Source: Candidatus Methylomirabilia bacterium
GTDB lineage: Bacteria > Methylomirabilota > Methylomirabilia > Rokubacteriales > CSP1-6
Direction: 5' to 3'
Assembly: GCA_041493245.1 (NCBI GenBank)
Contig: JBGPYK010000002.1
Span: forward strand, 1 to 32,323
DNA: 32,323 bases
Shown here: positions 25,135-32,323 of the stretch, in pieces
Layout: every line of letters starts with the position of its first letter
Numbering within the stretch: the first letter of the stretch is position 1
Translations under genes and position numbers: made by a program
Notes under the pieces: generated by a model
Told to the model about the DNA's origin: nothing
What the model saw: the letters and a program-made list of their open reading frames with translations, nothing else
The model's database searches: none

Positions 25135-26967
25135 ATGACGGCCGTGCGCCTGCATCGGCTGAAACGTCTGTTCGTCGGCATACCGCTGCCGACCGCGCAA
25201 TCCAGACACGAGCGCCTCGGAAAGTCGACCGCGCTCGCGGTCTTCGCGTCCGACGCGCTCTCGTCCGTCGCCTACGCCACCGAGGAGATCCTCCTCGTCC
25301 TGATCCTCGCCGGCTCCATCGCGCTGAGCTATTCGCTCCCGATCGGCATCAGCATCGCCCTGCTGATCGCCATCGTCACCAGCTCGTACCGGCAGACGAT
25401 CCGGGCTTACCCCCGGGGCGGCGGCGCCTACATCGTCACCAAGGACAACCTCGGTGTGACGCCCGGCCTCATCGCGGGGGCCGCGCTCCTCATCGACTAC
25501 GTCCTGACCGTCGCCGTCAGCGTCGCCGCGGGGGTGGCCGCGGTCACCTCGGCGGTGCCGGCTCTCTTCCGCTACCGCGTGCTCCTGTGCGTGGCGGCGG
25601 TCGTCGTGGTCGGCGTGGCCAATCTGCGAGGCATCCGCGAGTCCGCCCGACTCTTCGCCGCCCCGACGTACCTGTTCATCGCGAGCCTGGGGGCGCTCGT
25701 CGTGTACGGCTCACTCGGAGCGATCTTCGACTTCCTTCCCGAGGCGCCGTACGAGCCTCACGGCCCCGGCCTCGAGGGGATCGGCCTGTTCCTGCTGTTG
25801 CGCGCCTTCGCCTCCGGGTGCACCGCACTCACCGGGGTGGAAGCGGTGTCCGACGGCGTTCCCGCGTTCAAGCCTCCCGAAGCGGCGAACGCCCGCATCG
25901 TCCTCACCTGGCTCGGCGGCACCCTCATCACGCTTTTCCTCGGGATCACGTTCCTCGCCTACGATCTCGGCGTCACCCCGCTCGAGCACGAAACGGTGGT
26001 GTCTCAGCTCGGCCGCCGCATCTTCGGGACCGGGTTCCTCTACTACGAGATCCAAGGCGTGACGATGCTGATCCTGCTCCTGGCCGCCAACACCTCCTTC
26101 GCGGACTTCCCGCGGCTGTCGTTCTTCCTGGCCCGCGATCGCTTCATCCCTCGGCAGTTCGCCAACCAGGGGGACCGGCTCGTCTTCTCCAACGGCATCC
26201 TCATCCTCGGCGGCCTCGCCGCGATCCTCCTCGTCATCTTCCGCGGCAGCACCCACGCCCTCATCCCGCTCTACGCCGTCGGTGTGTTCATCTCTTTCAC
26301 CCTCTCGCAGACGAGCATGGTCCGCCGGTGGCTGCACCGGCGCGAGGAGGGGTGGTGGTGGCGCGCAGCGGTCAATGGCTTCGGGGCGCTCGTCACCGCC
26401 ATCGTCCTGCTCACGATTGCCATCACGAAGTTCACGCACGGGGCCTGGATCGTGGTGCTGCTCATCCCCGCCCTCGTGCTCGCCTTCACGATGATGCACC
26501 GGCACTACGAGGAGGTGGCGACGCAGCTCTCGCTCGACGCGCTGGAGCCGCCGCCGCCGCTGCAGAACACCGTGCTCGTGCTCGTCGGCGACCTGCACCG
26601 CGGGGTGATCAAGGCGCTCCAGTACGCTCAGTCGCTCTCCGTCAACGCTAAGGCGGTGTTCGTGGAGTCGGACCCCGAGCGGACGCACCGGCTGGAGCAG
26701 AAGTGGGCGAAGTGGGGGATGGGCCTCCCCCTCATCGTGCTCACGTCGCCGTACCGGTCGCTGCTCGGGCCGCTGCTCCACTACGTCGACCACATCCTCG
26801 AGCAGGGCGGCGAGAACCACCTCGTGACGATCGTGCTGCCGGAGTTCATTCCAGCGCGCTGGTGGCAGCACCTGCTCCACAACCAGACGGCGCTGCTCAT
26901 CAAGGGCGCGATGCTCTTCCGCAAGAACGTGATCGTCACCGACGTCCCCTACCACCTCAAGCACTGA
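25135..26967 (+). CDS. APC-superfamily permease with a C-terminal cytosolic domain of about 150 aa (amino acid or cation transporter, KimA-like architecture)
   Basis: 610 aa. It has about 12 predicted hydrophobic spans, an N-terminal ERLGKSTALAVFASDALSSVAYATEEIL motif, and a soluble C-terminus (...VLVLVGDLHRGVIKALQYAQSL...IVLPEF). The substrate cannot be assigned from sequence alone. Confidence 0.65.
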   Translation: MTAVRLHRLKRLFVGIPLPTAQSRHERLGKSTALAVFASDALSSVAYATEEILLVLILAGSIALSYSLPIGISIALLIAIVTSSYRQTIRAYPRGGGAYIVTKDNLGVTPGLIAGAALLIDYVLTVAVSVAAGVAAVTSAVPALFRYRVLLCVAAVVVVGVANLRGIRESARLFAAPTYLFIASLGALVVYGSLGAIFDFLPEAPYEPHGPGLEGIGLFLLLRAFASGCTALTGVEAVSDGVPAFKPPEAANARIVLTWLGGTLITLFLGITFLAYDLGVTPLEHETVVSQLGRRIFGTGFLYYEIQGVTMLILLLAANTSFADFPRLSFFLARDRFIPRQFANQGDRLVFSNGILILGGLAAILLVIFRGSTHALIPLYAVGVFISFTLSQTSMVRRWLHRREEGWWWRAAVNGFGALVTAIVLLTIAITKFTHGAWIVVLLIPALVLAFTMMHRHYEEVATQLSLDALEPPPPLQNTVLVLVGDLHRGVIKALQYAQSLSVNAKAVFVESDPERTHRLEQKWAKWGMGLPLIVLTSPYRSLLGPLLHYVDHILEQGGENHLVTIVLPEFIPARWWQHLLHNQTALLIKGAMLFRKNVIVTDVPYHLKH

Positions 26968-27002
26968 TTGACGTCGGGGGGAGCGACGCCGGATCGAGCG
27001 CG

Positions 27003-27057
27003 CGAAGGAGGCTACGCCCCCCTCGGCCTCCCCCGGCCCGACACCCCCCACCGGGAG
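27003..27057 (+). repeat. GC-rich REP-like intergenic element (copy B, degenerate)
   Basis: CGAaGGaGG-ctacg-CCCCCCTCG pairs at 7 of 9 positions. CTCCCCCGGC...CCGGGAG follows. The 21-nt core at 27017-27037, CCCCCCTCGGcCTCCCCCGGC, matches 21731-21751 at 20 of 21 positions. Confidence 0.6.
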
Positions 27058-27137
27058 CAGTCACTCGGCGAGGGCCCTTTCAGCCCCGGCGGCGTCTGCC
27101 GCGAGTCTGGTACACTTGAGGCCCGCGTGATCGCCGA

Positions 27138-28121
27138 ATGAACCTCGTCCTGTCTCCTGACGGCCCGCTCGACGCCGGCGCCACGCTCGCCCGCTACCGG
27201 ATCTGGGGTGAGGATCCCGTGAACTGTCTCGGCGCGGGCGTGTTCCGCCGCGTCCTGCGTCGGGATGGCGCGCTCGTGCCGTACGAGGTGCGCTGGCGCG
27301 GTTCCGTCGACGACGCGCGGTTGCACGTTCGCATCCCGGGGACGCGCTCGACGCGCGCGCGCGACGCGGTGGCGGCCGAGGTGCGGACGATCTTCGGCCT
27401 TGACTTCGATCTCGCCGGCTTCTACCGGATGGCGAAGGGCGATCCGATGCTCGCGGAGCTCGTGCCACCGCTCTACGGCCTGCGCCCCACGCAGGCACCC
27501 GGGGGCCTCGAGATGCTGGTGGGCTCGATCATCGCTCAGCAGGTGAACCTGACCTTCGCGTTCACCCTCCGCGCCCGCCTCGTCCGCCGCTACGGCACGC
27601 CGGTCGAGCTGGGAGGGCAGACGGTGTACGCGTTCCCGCAGGCGGAGGCGCTCGCCCGCCTCCACGTGCGCCACCTGCGGGCGATGCAGTTCTCCACGCG
27701 CAAGGCCGAGTACATCCGCGACGTCGCCCGCGCGGTGGTGGCGGGCGTTCTCGATTTCGCGGCGCTGGCGGGCGCGCCCAACGTCGAGGTGATCGAGCGG
27801 CTCACGGCGCGGCGCGGGCTCGGTCGCTGGACGGCCGACTGGTACCTTGCGCGGTGCCTCGGCCGCGGCGACGTCTGCCCGGCGGGCGACCTCGCCGTGC
27901 GCAAGGCGTTTGATCATCACGACGGGCGAGGGAGCACCCTGTCGGAGGAGGCCATTCGGCGCCGCGCGAGCGCCTGGGGAGGATACCAGACGCTGGCGAT
28001 CCACTACCTGCTCGCCGGCATGCGGATCGATCAAGGGCGGGGGGAGCGTGCGGGGGGTCCTGCGGCGTCGATGCCTTCACACGTGCGGAGCCGGCCGGCC
28101 GCGGGAGGAGGGAGCGCGTGA
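27138..28121 (+). CDS. DNA-3-methyladenine glycosylase II family protein (AlkA-like, HhH-GPD)
   Basis: 327 aa: ...LEMLVGSIIAQQVNLTFAFTLRARLVRRYG...RGLGRWTADWYLARCLGRGDVCPAGDLAVRKAF contains the helix-hairpin-helix, the Gly/Pro loop and the catalytic Asp context. Confidence 0.82.
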   Translation: MNLVLSPDGPLDAGATLARYRIWGEDPVNCLGAGVFRRVLRRDGALVPYEVRWRGSVDDARLHVRIPGTRSTRARDAVAAEVRTIFGLDFDLAGFYRMAKGDPMLAELVPPLYGLRPTQAPGGLEMLVGSIIAQQVNLTFAFTLRARLVRRYGTPVELGGQTVYAFPQAEALARLHVRHLRAMQFSTRKAEYIRDVARAVVAGVLDFAALAGAPNVEVIERLTARRGLGRWTADWYLARCLGRGDVCPAGDLAVRKAFDHHDGRGSTLSEEAIRRRASAWGGYQTLAIHYLLAGMRIDQGRGERAGGPAASMPSHVRSRPAAGGGSA

Positions 28122-28444
28122 ACAAGAAGCTGAGCCTGCCCATCGTCGGGCAGCCCGACCCGAACACCCCCACGGACGTTCACCTCGTCGGGCGCTACGC
28201 ACTCGGCGTCACGTGGGCGGACGGCCACGGCAGCATCTATCCGTTTGACCGGCTCCGCCACGCCTGCCCGTGCGGCCGGTGCGTGGCGGTCGAGACGATC
28301 GCCCCCGCGATGGCGTGGCCCCGGGACATCAAGAAGCTCGGGGAGAGCCTGCGCGTGACCTGGACCGACGAGCACGAGAGCCTCTACCGCTATCCCGACC
28401 TGCGCGCCGCGTGTCAGTGCGCGGGCTGCACCGGCGGTCACTGA
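28118..28444 (+). CDS. DUF971 domain protein (gamma-butyrobetaine hydroxylase-like N-terminal zinc domain)
   Basis: 108 aa with two repeats of the DUF971 pattern: LGVTWADGHGSIYPFDRLRHACPCGRC and LRVTWTDEHESLYRYPDLRAACQCAGC. The GTG start overlaps the alkA-like stop (GTGA). Confidence 0.75.
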   Translation: MNKKLSLPIVGQPDPNTPTDVHLVGRYALGVTWADGHGSIYPFDRLRHACPCGRCVAVETIAPAMAWPRDIKKLGESLRVTWTDEHESLYRYPDLRAACQCAGCTGGH

Positions 28445-28445
28445 C

Positions 28446-29846
28446 ATGGACGAGGCCCGGAAGCGGCGCGCCCTCTTCGGTGTGCTGCTGTCGATCTTCC
28501 TGGGGGCGATGGAGTCGACCGTCGTCGCAACCGCCATGCCCAAAGTCGTGGGGAGCCTCGGCGGAATCGAGATGTACTCCTGGGTCTTCTCCGGGTTCCT
28601 GCTGACGTCGACCGTCACCATGCCACTCTGGGGCCGGCTCTCCGACCTCTTCGGCCGGCGGCCGACCTACCTCACGGGGCTCGTGATCTTCCTTGTCGGG
28701 TCCGCGCTGTCCGGCCTGTCGCGCACGATGGCGGAGCTGATCGTCTTCCGGATGGTGCAAGGGCTGGGGGCGGGCTCGCTCATCACGATCGGCATGACGA
28801 TCATCGGCGACATGTTCCCGCTGGAGCGCCGCGCCAAGATGCAGGGCTATATCTCCGGGGTGTGGGGCGTGGCCTCATTCGTCGGCCCGCTGCTTGGCGG
28901 GCTGTTGACCGACTACATCTCCTGGCGGTGGGTGTTCTACATCAACGTGCCGTTCGGCGCTGTCGCGATGCTCCTGATCGCCAGCGCCGTCGCCAAGGCG
29001 CGCCCGGCTTCGCGGACGCCGGTCATCGACTACGCCGGCGTCGTGCTCTTCGCCACGGCCGTCTCCGCGCTCCTGCTCGGTGTCGTCGAGGCGGGACGCG
29101 TGGGGACGTGGAGTGGTCTCGATGTCCTGGGGCCGCTCGCCCTCGCCCTCGCCGCCCTTGCCGCCTTCGTCGCCGTCGAGCGGCGCGCGCGGGACCCCAT
29201 CGTCCCGCTTGGACTCTTCGGCAACCGCATCGTGGTCGCCGCCGTCGTGACGGGCTTCCTGTCGGGGGTGGCGATGTTCGGCGCCATCTCGTTCGTGCCC
29301 CTCTTCCTTCAGCGCGTCGCCGGCACCTCGGCGACGCAGGCGGGCTTCGTGCTGACCCCGTTCATCATCGGCTGGGTGGTCCTCTCGGTCGCGAGCGCGC
29401 GCCTGGTGCTGCGCATCGGCTACCGGACCGTGGTGTTCGCGGGGATGATCTGCCTGGCCGTCGCCTTCACGCTGTTCACGCGCTGGGATGCGAGCCTCAC
29501 GCCGGGGACGGCGATGCGCGACGTCCTCCTGGCCGGCATCGGGATGGGGCTGACCATGGTGCCGATGCTCATCGCCGTGCAGAGCGCGGTCCCGCGCGCG
29601 GAGTTGGGTGTCGCGACCTCGATGACCCAATTCTTCCGGGCCGTGGGCGGCGCCGTCGGGCTGTCGCTGATGGGCGCCGTGATGGCGCAACGGCTACAGG
29701 CGGGGTTGCCCATGGTCGCGGCGCTGCACGCCGTCTTCGTGCTCGGGCTCGTCGTCTGCGTGGCGGCGCTGGCGGCCGCCTTCCTGGTGCCCGCGGGCCG
29801 GGCGCACGAGCTGGCGCGCGCGGAGCCGCACGCCGCGGGAGGATGA
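28446..29846 (+). CDS. MFS transporter, DHA2/EmrB-like drug:H+ antiporter family
   Basis: 466 aa: FLGAMESTVVATAMPKVV...WGRLSDLFGRRPTYL (MFS motif A) ...VQGLGAGSL... It is hydrophobic throughout. The start is 1 nt after the DUF971 stop. Confidence 0.85.
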   Translation: MDEARKRRALFGVLLSIFLGAMESTVVATAMPKVVGSLGGIEMYSWVFSGFLLTSTVTMPLWGRLSDLFGRRPTYLTGLVIFLVGSALSGLSRTMAELIVFRMVQGLGAGSLITIGMTIIGDMFPLERRAKMQGYISGVWGVASFVGPLLGGLLTDYISWRWVFYINVPFGAVAMLLIASAVAKARPASRTPVIDYAGVVLFATAVSALLLGVVEAGRVGTWSGLDVLGPLALALAALAAFVAVERRARDPIVPLGLFGNRIVVAAVVTGFLSGVAMFGAISFVPLFLQRVAGTSATQAGFVLTPFIIGWVVLSVASARLVLRIGYRTVVFAGMICLAVAFTLFTRWDASLTPGTAMRDVLLAGIGMGLTMVPMLIAVQSAVPRAELGVATSMTQFFRAVGGAVGLSLMGAVMAQRLQAGLPMVAALHAVFVLGLVVCVAALAAAFLVPAGRAHELARAEPHAAGG

Positions 29847-29849
29847 TCG

Positions 29850-30356
29850 ATGGCCGGTGACCTGCCCTTCCTCGAACGGCTCGCCCAGCTCCCCGCGGTG
29901 CCTGCCGCCTCCGCCGTCGCGCTCCTCGAGCGACTGCCCAACGTCCAGCGCGACCCGGTGATCGGGCCGCTTTTTGGCGTGGACGAGGAGGGCGACACGG
30001 TGGTCAACCCGCTGACCCCCGCCGTGCTGCAGCAGTTCCAGCAGAAGCCGGAGCTGACGTGCTATGCCGCGCTGCTCGAGGGGCTCACGGGGATCTGGAA
30101 CGCGGCCGTCCGCGCCGCCGTCGTGGCGCGGCTGCGCGCCGCGGGGTTGCCGCCCGACGACCTGCTGCTTCGCCTGCAGGCGCTGTCGCCGACGCTCGGG
30201 TTCGCCAAGGAGACGGGCGAGTGGAGCCGGGGGTGGCTCGCCGATCCCTTTACCCAGGACGCGCTCCTCGTGCAGCAATGCGTCGTGCGCGTGCTGTTTG
30301 CCCTGCGCGGAATGGCGGAGACCCGCGCCCAGGAACTGACCACGCAACAAGGCTGA
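29850..30356 (+). CDS. Hypothetical protein, no recognisable domain
   Basis: 168-aa ORF. Third-position GC is very high in this frame. The SD GGGAGGA ends 6 nt before the ATG, and the start is 3 nt after the MFS stop. I recognise no motif. Confidence 0.6.
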   Translation: MAGDLPFLERLAQLPAVPAASAVALLERLPNVQRDPVIGPLFGVDEEGDTVVNPLTPAVLQQFQQKPELTCYAALLEGLTGIWNAAVRAAVVARLRAAGLPPDDLLLRLQALSPTLGFAKETGEWSRGWLADPFTQDALLVQQCVVRVLFALRGMAETRAQELTTQQG

Positions 30357-30381
30357 CGCAGGCCCGACATCGGAGGGGACC

Positions 30382-30726
30382 ATGCACGTGCACGAGCGCA
30401 ACGCGGAGAAGAAGCGGGTGAACGGGCTGATGCTGCAGTCGTCGATGAAGGTCTACCGCGCCTTCGGGGAACTGGGCCGGCAGGTCTTTGCCGACGGCGC
30501 GCTGTCGAAGAAGCAGAAGGAGCTGACGGCGCTGGCCGTCGCCGTCTCGCAGAACTGCTTCGACTGAATCGATCACCGGGTCGAGGAGGTCCTCGACCAG
30601 GGGGCGACGGACGCCGAGATTGCGGAGACGCTCGACATCGGGCTGATCATGGGCGGGACGCTCGCGGTGAAGTCCGCGCGCCACGCCTTCGCCGTGCTGG
30701 AGCAGCTCAAGGCCGGCACGCGATGA
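30382..30726 (+). CDS. AhpD-like / carboxymuconolactone decarboxylase family protein with in-frame TGA (probable selenocysteine) at 30565-30567
   Basis: The joined reading is MHVHERNAEKKRVNGLMLQSSMKVYRAFGELGRQVFADGALSKKQKELTALAVAVSQNCFD-U-IDHRVEEVLDQGATDAEIAETLDIGLIMGGTLAVKSARHAFAVLEQLKAGTR. The TGA replaces the second Cys of the family CxxC..H redox motif. The frame stays open with coding-like codon usage to TGA 30724-30726. The track reports only the first 61 aa. Confidence 0.7.
30579..30598 (+). promoter_or_regulatory. SECIS-like hairpin downstream of the in-frame TGA
   Basis: GGTCGAGG-AGGT-CCTCGACC is a perfect 8-bp stem that starts 11 nt after the TGA. Its 4-nt apical loop contains GGU. 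Confidence 0.55.
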
Positions 30727-30751
30727 TCCGCGGCGGGGGTCGCCCGACGGT

Positions 30752-32323
30752 GTGATCCAGCTCGAGGGCGTCTCCAAGGGCTACGGGGGTCAGGTCCTCT
30801 TCCGCGAGGTCACGTGGCGCATCGGCGGCGGGGAGCGGATCGGGCTCGTGGGGCCGAACGGAGCGGGGAAGACGACGCTCTGCCGAATCCTCGCCGGGAC
30901 CGAGGAACCGGACACAGGCCGCGTGAGCCGGCCGCGCGGCACAACGGTCGGGTATCTGCCTCAGGAGGTGACGGGCGGCGGCGGGGGATCGGTCCTCGCC
31001 GAGGTCCTCGGCGCCTTCGACGACGTCTGGCGCCTCGAGCGCGAGATGGAGGAGGTCGCCGCGTCGCTCGAGGCCGGGACGCCGCAGCGAGACGCCGGCG
31101 CCGTCGAGTCGCTGACGCAGCGGTATGGCGACCTCCAGCACCGCTTCGAGGCGCTGGGCGGGTATCGTCTCGAGACGCAGGCCCGGGCCATCCTGGGCGG
31201 GCTCGCCTTCCGCGCGGACGAGGTCACGCGCCCCCTCGTGGAGTTCTCGGGCGGATGGCGGATGCGCGCGGCGCTCGGGCGCCTGCTCCTCCTCCGGCCG
31301 TCCGTGCTCCTCCTCGACGAGCCGACGAACCACCTCGACCTCGAGTCGCTCGCGTGGCTCGAAGGCTTCCTTGCCGGCTATGACGGCGCCGTCGTCGTGG
31401 TGTCCCACGACCGCTACTTCCTGAACCGCATGGTGACGTCGATCGCGGACCTCGGGCCGTCCGGTCTCGCCCTCTACCAGGGTGACTACGACCACTACCT
31501 CGTCGAGCGCGAGGCGCGGCACGCGCTGATCGAGGCGCAGGCGCGCAACCAGGCCAAGCGGGTGGCGGAGATCGAGCGCTTCATCGAGCGCTTCCGCTAC
31601 CAGGCGACGAAGGCGCGACAGGTCCAGAGCCGGATCAAGATGCTCGAGCGGATGGAGCGCGTCGAGGCAGGCGATGGACCGCGCCGGATCCGCTTCGCGT
31701 TTCCGGAGCCTCCGCGCACGGGCCGGCGGGTAGTCTCGCTGCGCGGCGTGCACAAGGCCTACGGCGCCCACGTCGTCTACGCCGGGATCGAGCTCGACGT
31801 CGAGCGTGGCGAGTGCGTCGCCCTCGTCGGCGTCAACGGTGCCGGCAAGTCGACGCTGCTCCGCGTCCTGGCCGGCGTGCTCCCGTTCGAGGTCGGCGAG
31901 CGCACGCTCGGCGCCCACGTCGCCGTTCACTACTACGCCCAGCACCAGCTCGACGTGCTCGACCCCGGGGCGACGGTCCTCGAGGAGCTGGAGCGCGTGG
32001 CGCCGGAGGCGGCGCGGACCCGGCTGCGGACGCTCCTCGGCGCCTTCCTCTTCTCGGGGGACGCAGTCGACAAGAGGGTGAGCGTACTGTCGGGCGGCGA
32101 GAAGGCGCGAGTCGCCCTGGCGAAGATGCTCGTGCGCCCGGCGGCGTTCCTGTGCCTCGACGAGCCAACGAACCATCTGGACCTGGTCTCGCGGGAGGTG
32201 CTCGAGAGCGCGCTGGCCGAGTTCCCCGGCACCATCGTCTTCATCTCCCACGACCGCTACTTCATCAACCGCATCGCCACCCGCGTGCTCGAGGTGGCGG
32301 ACGGCGTGCTCACGAGCCATCCC
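30752..32323 (+). CDS. ABC-F family ATPase (two ABC domains, no TM domain), 3' end outside the window
   Basis: Not in the ORF track because there is no stop before the window end. From GTG 30752: VIQLEGVSKGYGGQVLFREVTWRIGGGERIGLVGPNGAGKTTL...FSGGWRMRAALGRLLLLRPSVLLLDEPTNHLD... A linker follows, then GVNGAGKSTLLRVL...LSGGEKARVALAKML...LDEPTNHLD. Confidence 0.88.
   Translation, partial: MIQLEGVSKGYGGQVLFREVTWRIGGGERIGLVGPNGAGKTTLCRILAGTEEPDTGRVSRPRGTTVGYLPQEVTGGGGGSVLAEVLGAFDDVWRLEREMEEVAASLEAGTPQRDAGAVESLTQRYGDLQHRFEALGGYRLETQARAILGGLAFRADEVTRPLVEFSGGWRMRAALGRLLLLRPSVLLLDEPTNHLDLESLAWLEGFLAGYDGAVVVVSHDRYFLNRMVTSIADLGPSGLALYQGDYDHYLVEREARHALIEAQARNQAKRVAEIERFIERFRYQATKARQVQSRIKMLERMERVEAGDGPRRIRFAFPEPPRTGRRVVSLRGVHKAYGAHVVYAGIELDVERGECVALVGVNGAGKSTLLRVLAGVLPFEVGERTLGAHVAVHYYAQHQLDVLDPGATVLEELERVAPEAARTRLRTLLGAFLFSGDAVDKRVSVLSGGEKARVALAKMLVRPAAFLCLDEPTNHLDLVSREVLESALAEFPGTIVFISHDRYFINRIATRVLEVADGVLTSHP

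Noticed and set aside
25711-28034. 446-aa and 340-aa minus-strand ORFs (25711-27051, 27012-28034)
   Set aside because: They are antisense to the APC permease and the AlkA-like gene respectively. Their compositions are highly charged or Arg-rich and do not look like protein.
30707-32320. 537-aa minus-strand ORF
   Set aside because: It is antisense to the ABC-F ATPase. The plus-strand frame carries two Walker A motifs, two ABC signatures and two Walker B motifs.

Overview
High-GC (roughly two-thirds G+C by eye) bacterial chromosomal segment, densely packed with core genes. I found no CRISPR array, transposase, integrase or rRNA.

Gene order:
- Minus strand, 1-10649: dnaG (partial), mutS2, rpsU, pth, rplY/ctc, prs, tRNA-Gln(UUG), ispE, a LolB-like lipoprotein, a TPR lipoprotein and a DUF721/DciA-like gene. 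One plus-strand ion transporter sits at 3186-4394.
- Plus strand, 10750-32323: rlmD, two Dpp/Opp-type permeases, an MrfA-like DUF1998 helicase, an MrfB-like exonuclease, groES-groEL behind a perfect CIRCE operator, rpsF-ssb-rpsR-rplI-dnaB, an APC permease, an AlkA-like glycosylase, DUF971, an MFS efflux pump, a hypothetical gene, an AhpD/CMD-like gene and a partial ABC-F ATPase. Minus-strand vanZ and a 2-hydroxyacid dehydrogenase interrupt this run.

The many long ORFs antisense to these genes are typical high-GC artefacts.

Observations most worth a second look:
1. An AhpD/CMD-family gene that the ORF track truncates at an in-frame TGA. The TGA sits at the second redox-Cys position and is followed by a SECIS-like hairpin, so this is a probable selenoprotein.
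2. Six same-orientation DnaA-box-like heptamers (T[A/G]TCCAC) at 11-bp phasing directly upstream of dnaB.
3. A 26-bp tandem duplication that makes two 8-codon mini-ORFs, chaining mutS2 to dnaG through overlapping stop/start codons.
4. A small DUF5678-like gene broken by a frameshift in a G6 run.
5. rpsF, which appears to need a CTG start.
6. Consensus promoters so close to start codons that the mRNAs would be leaderless or nearly so.
7. A GC-rich REP-like double hairpin present in two intergenic gaps.

I did not find a convincing wholly new multi-gene system. The MrfAB-like cassette and the tightly coupled alkA-DUF971-MFS-hypothetical-selenoprotein string are the best candidates for accessory function.
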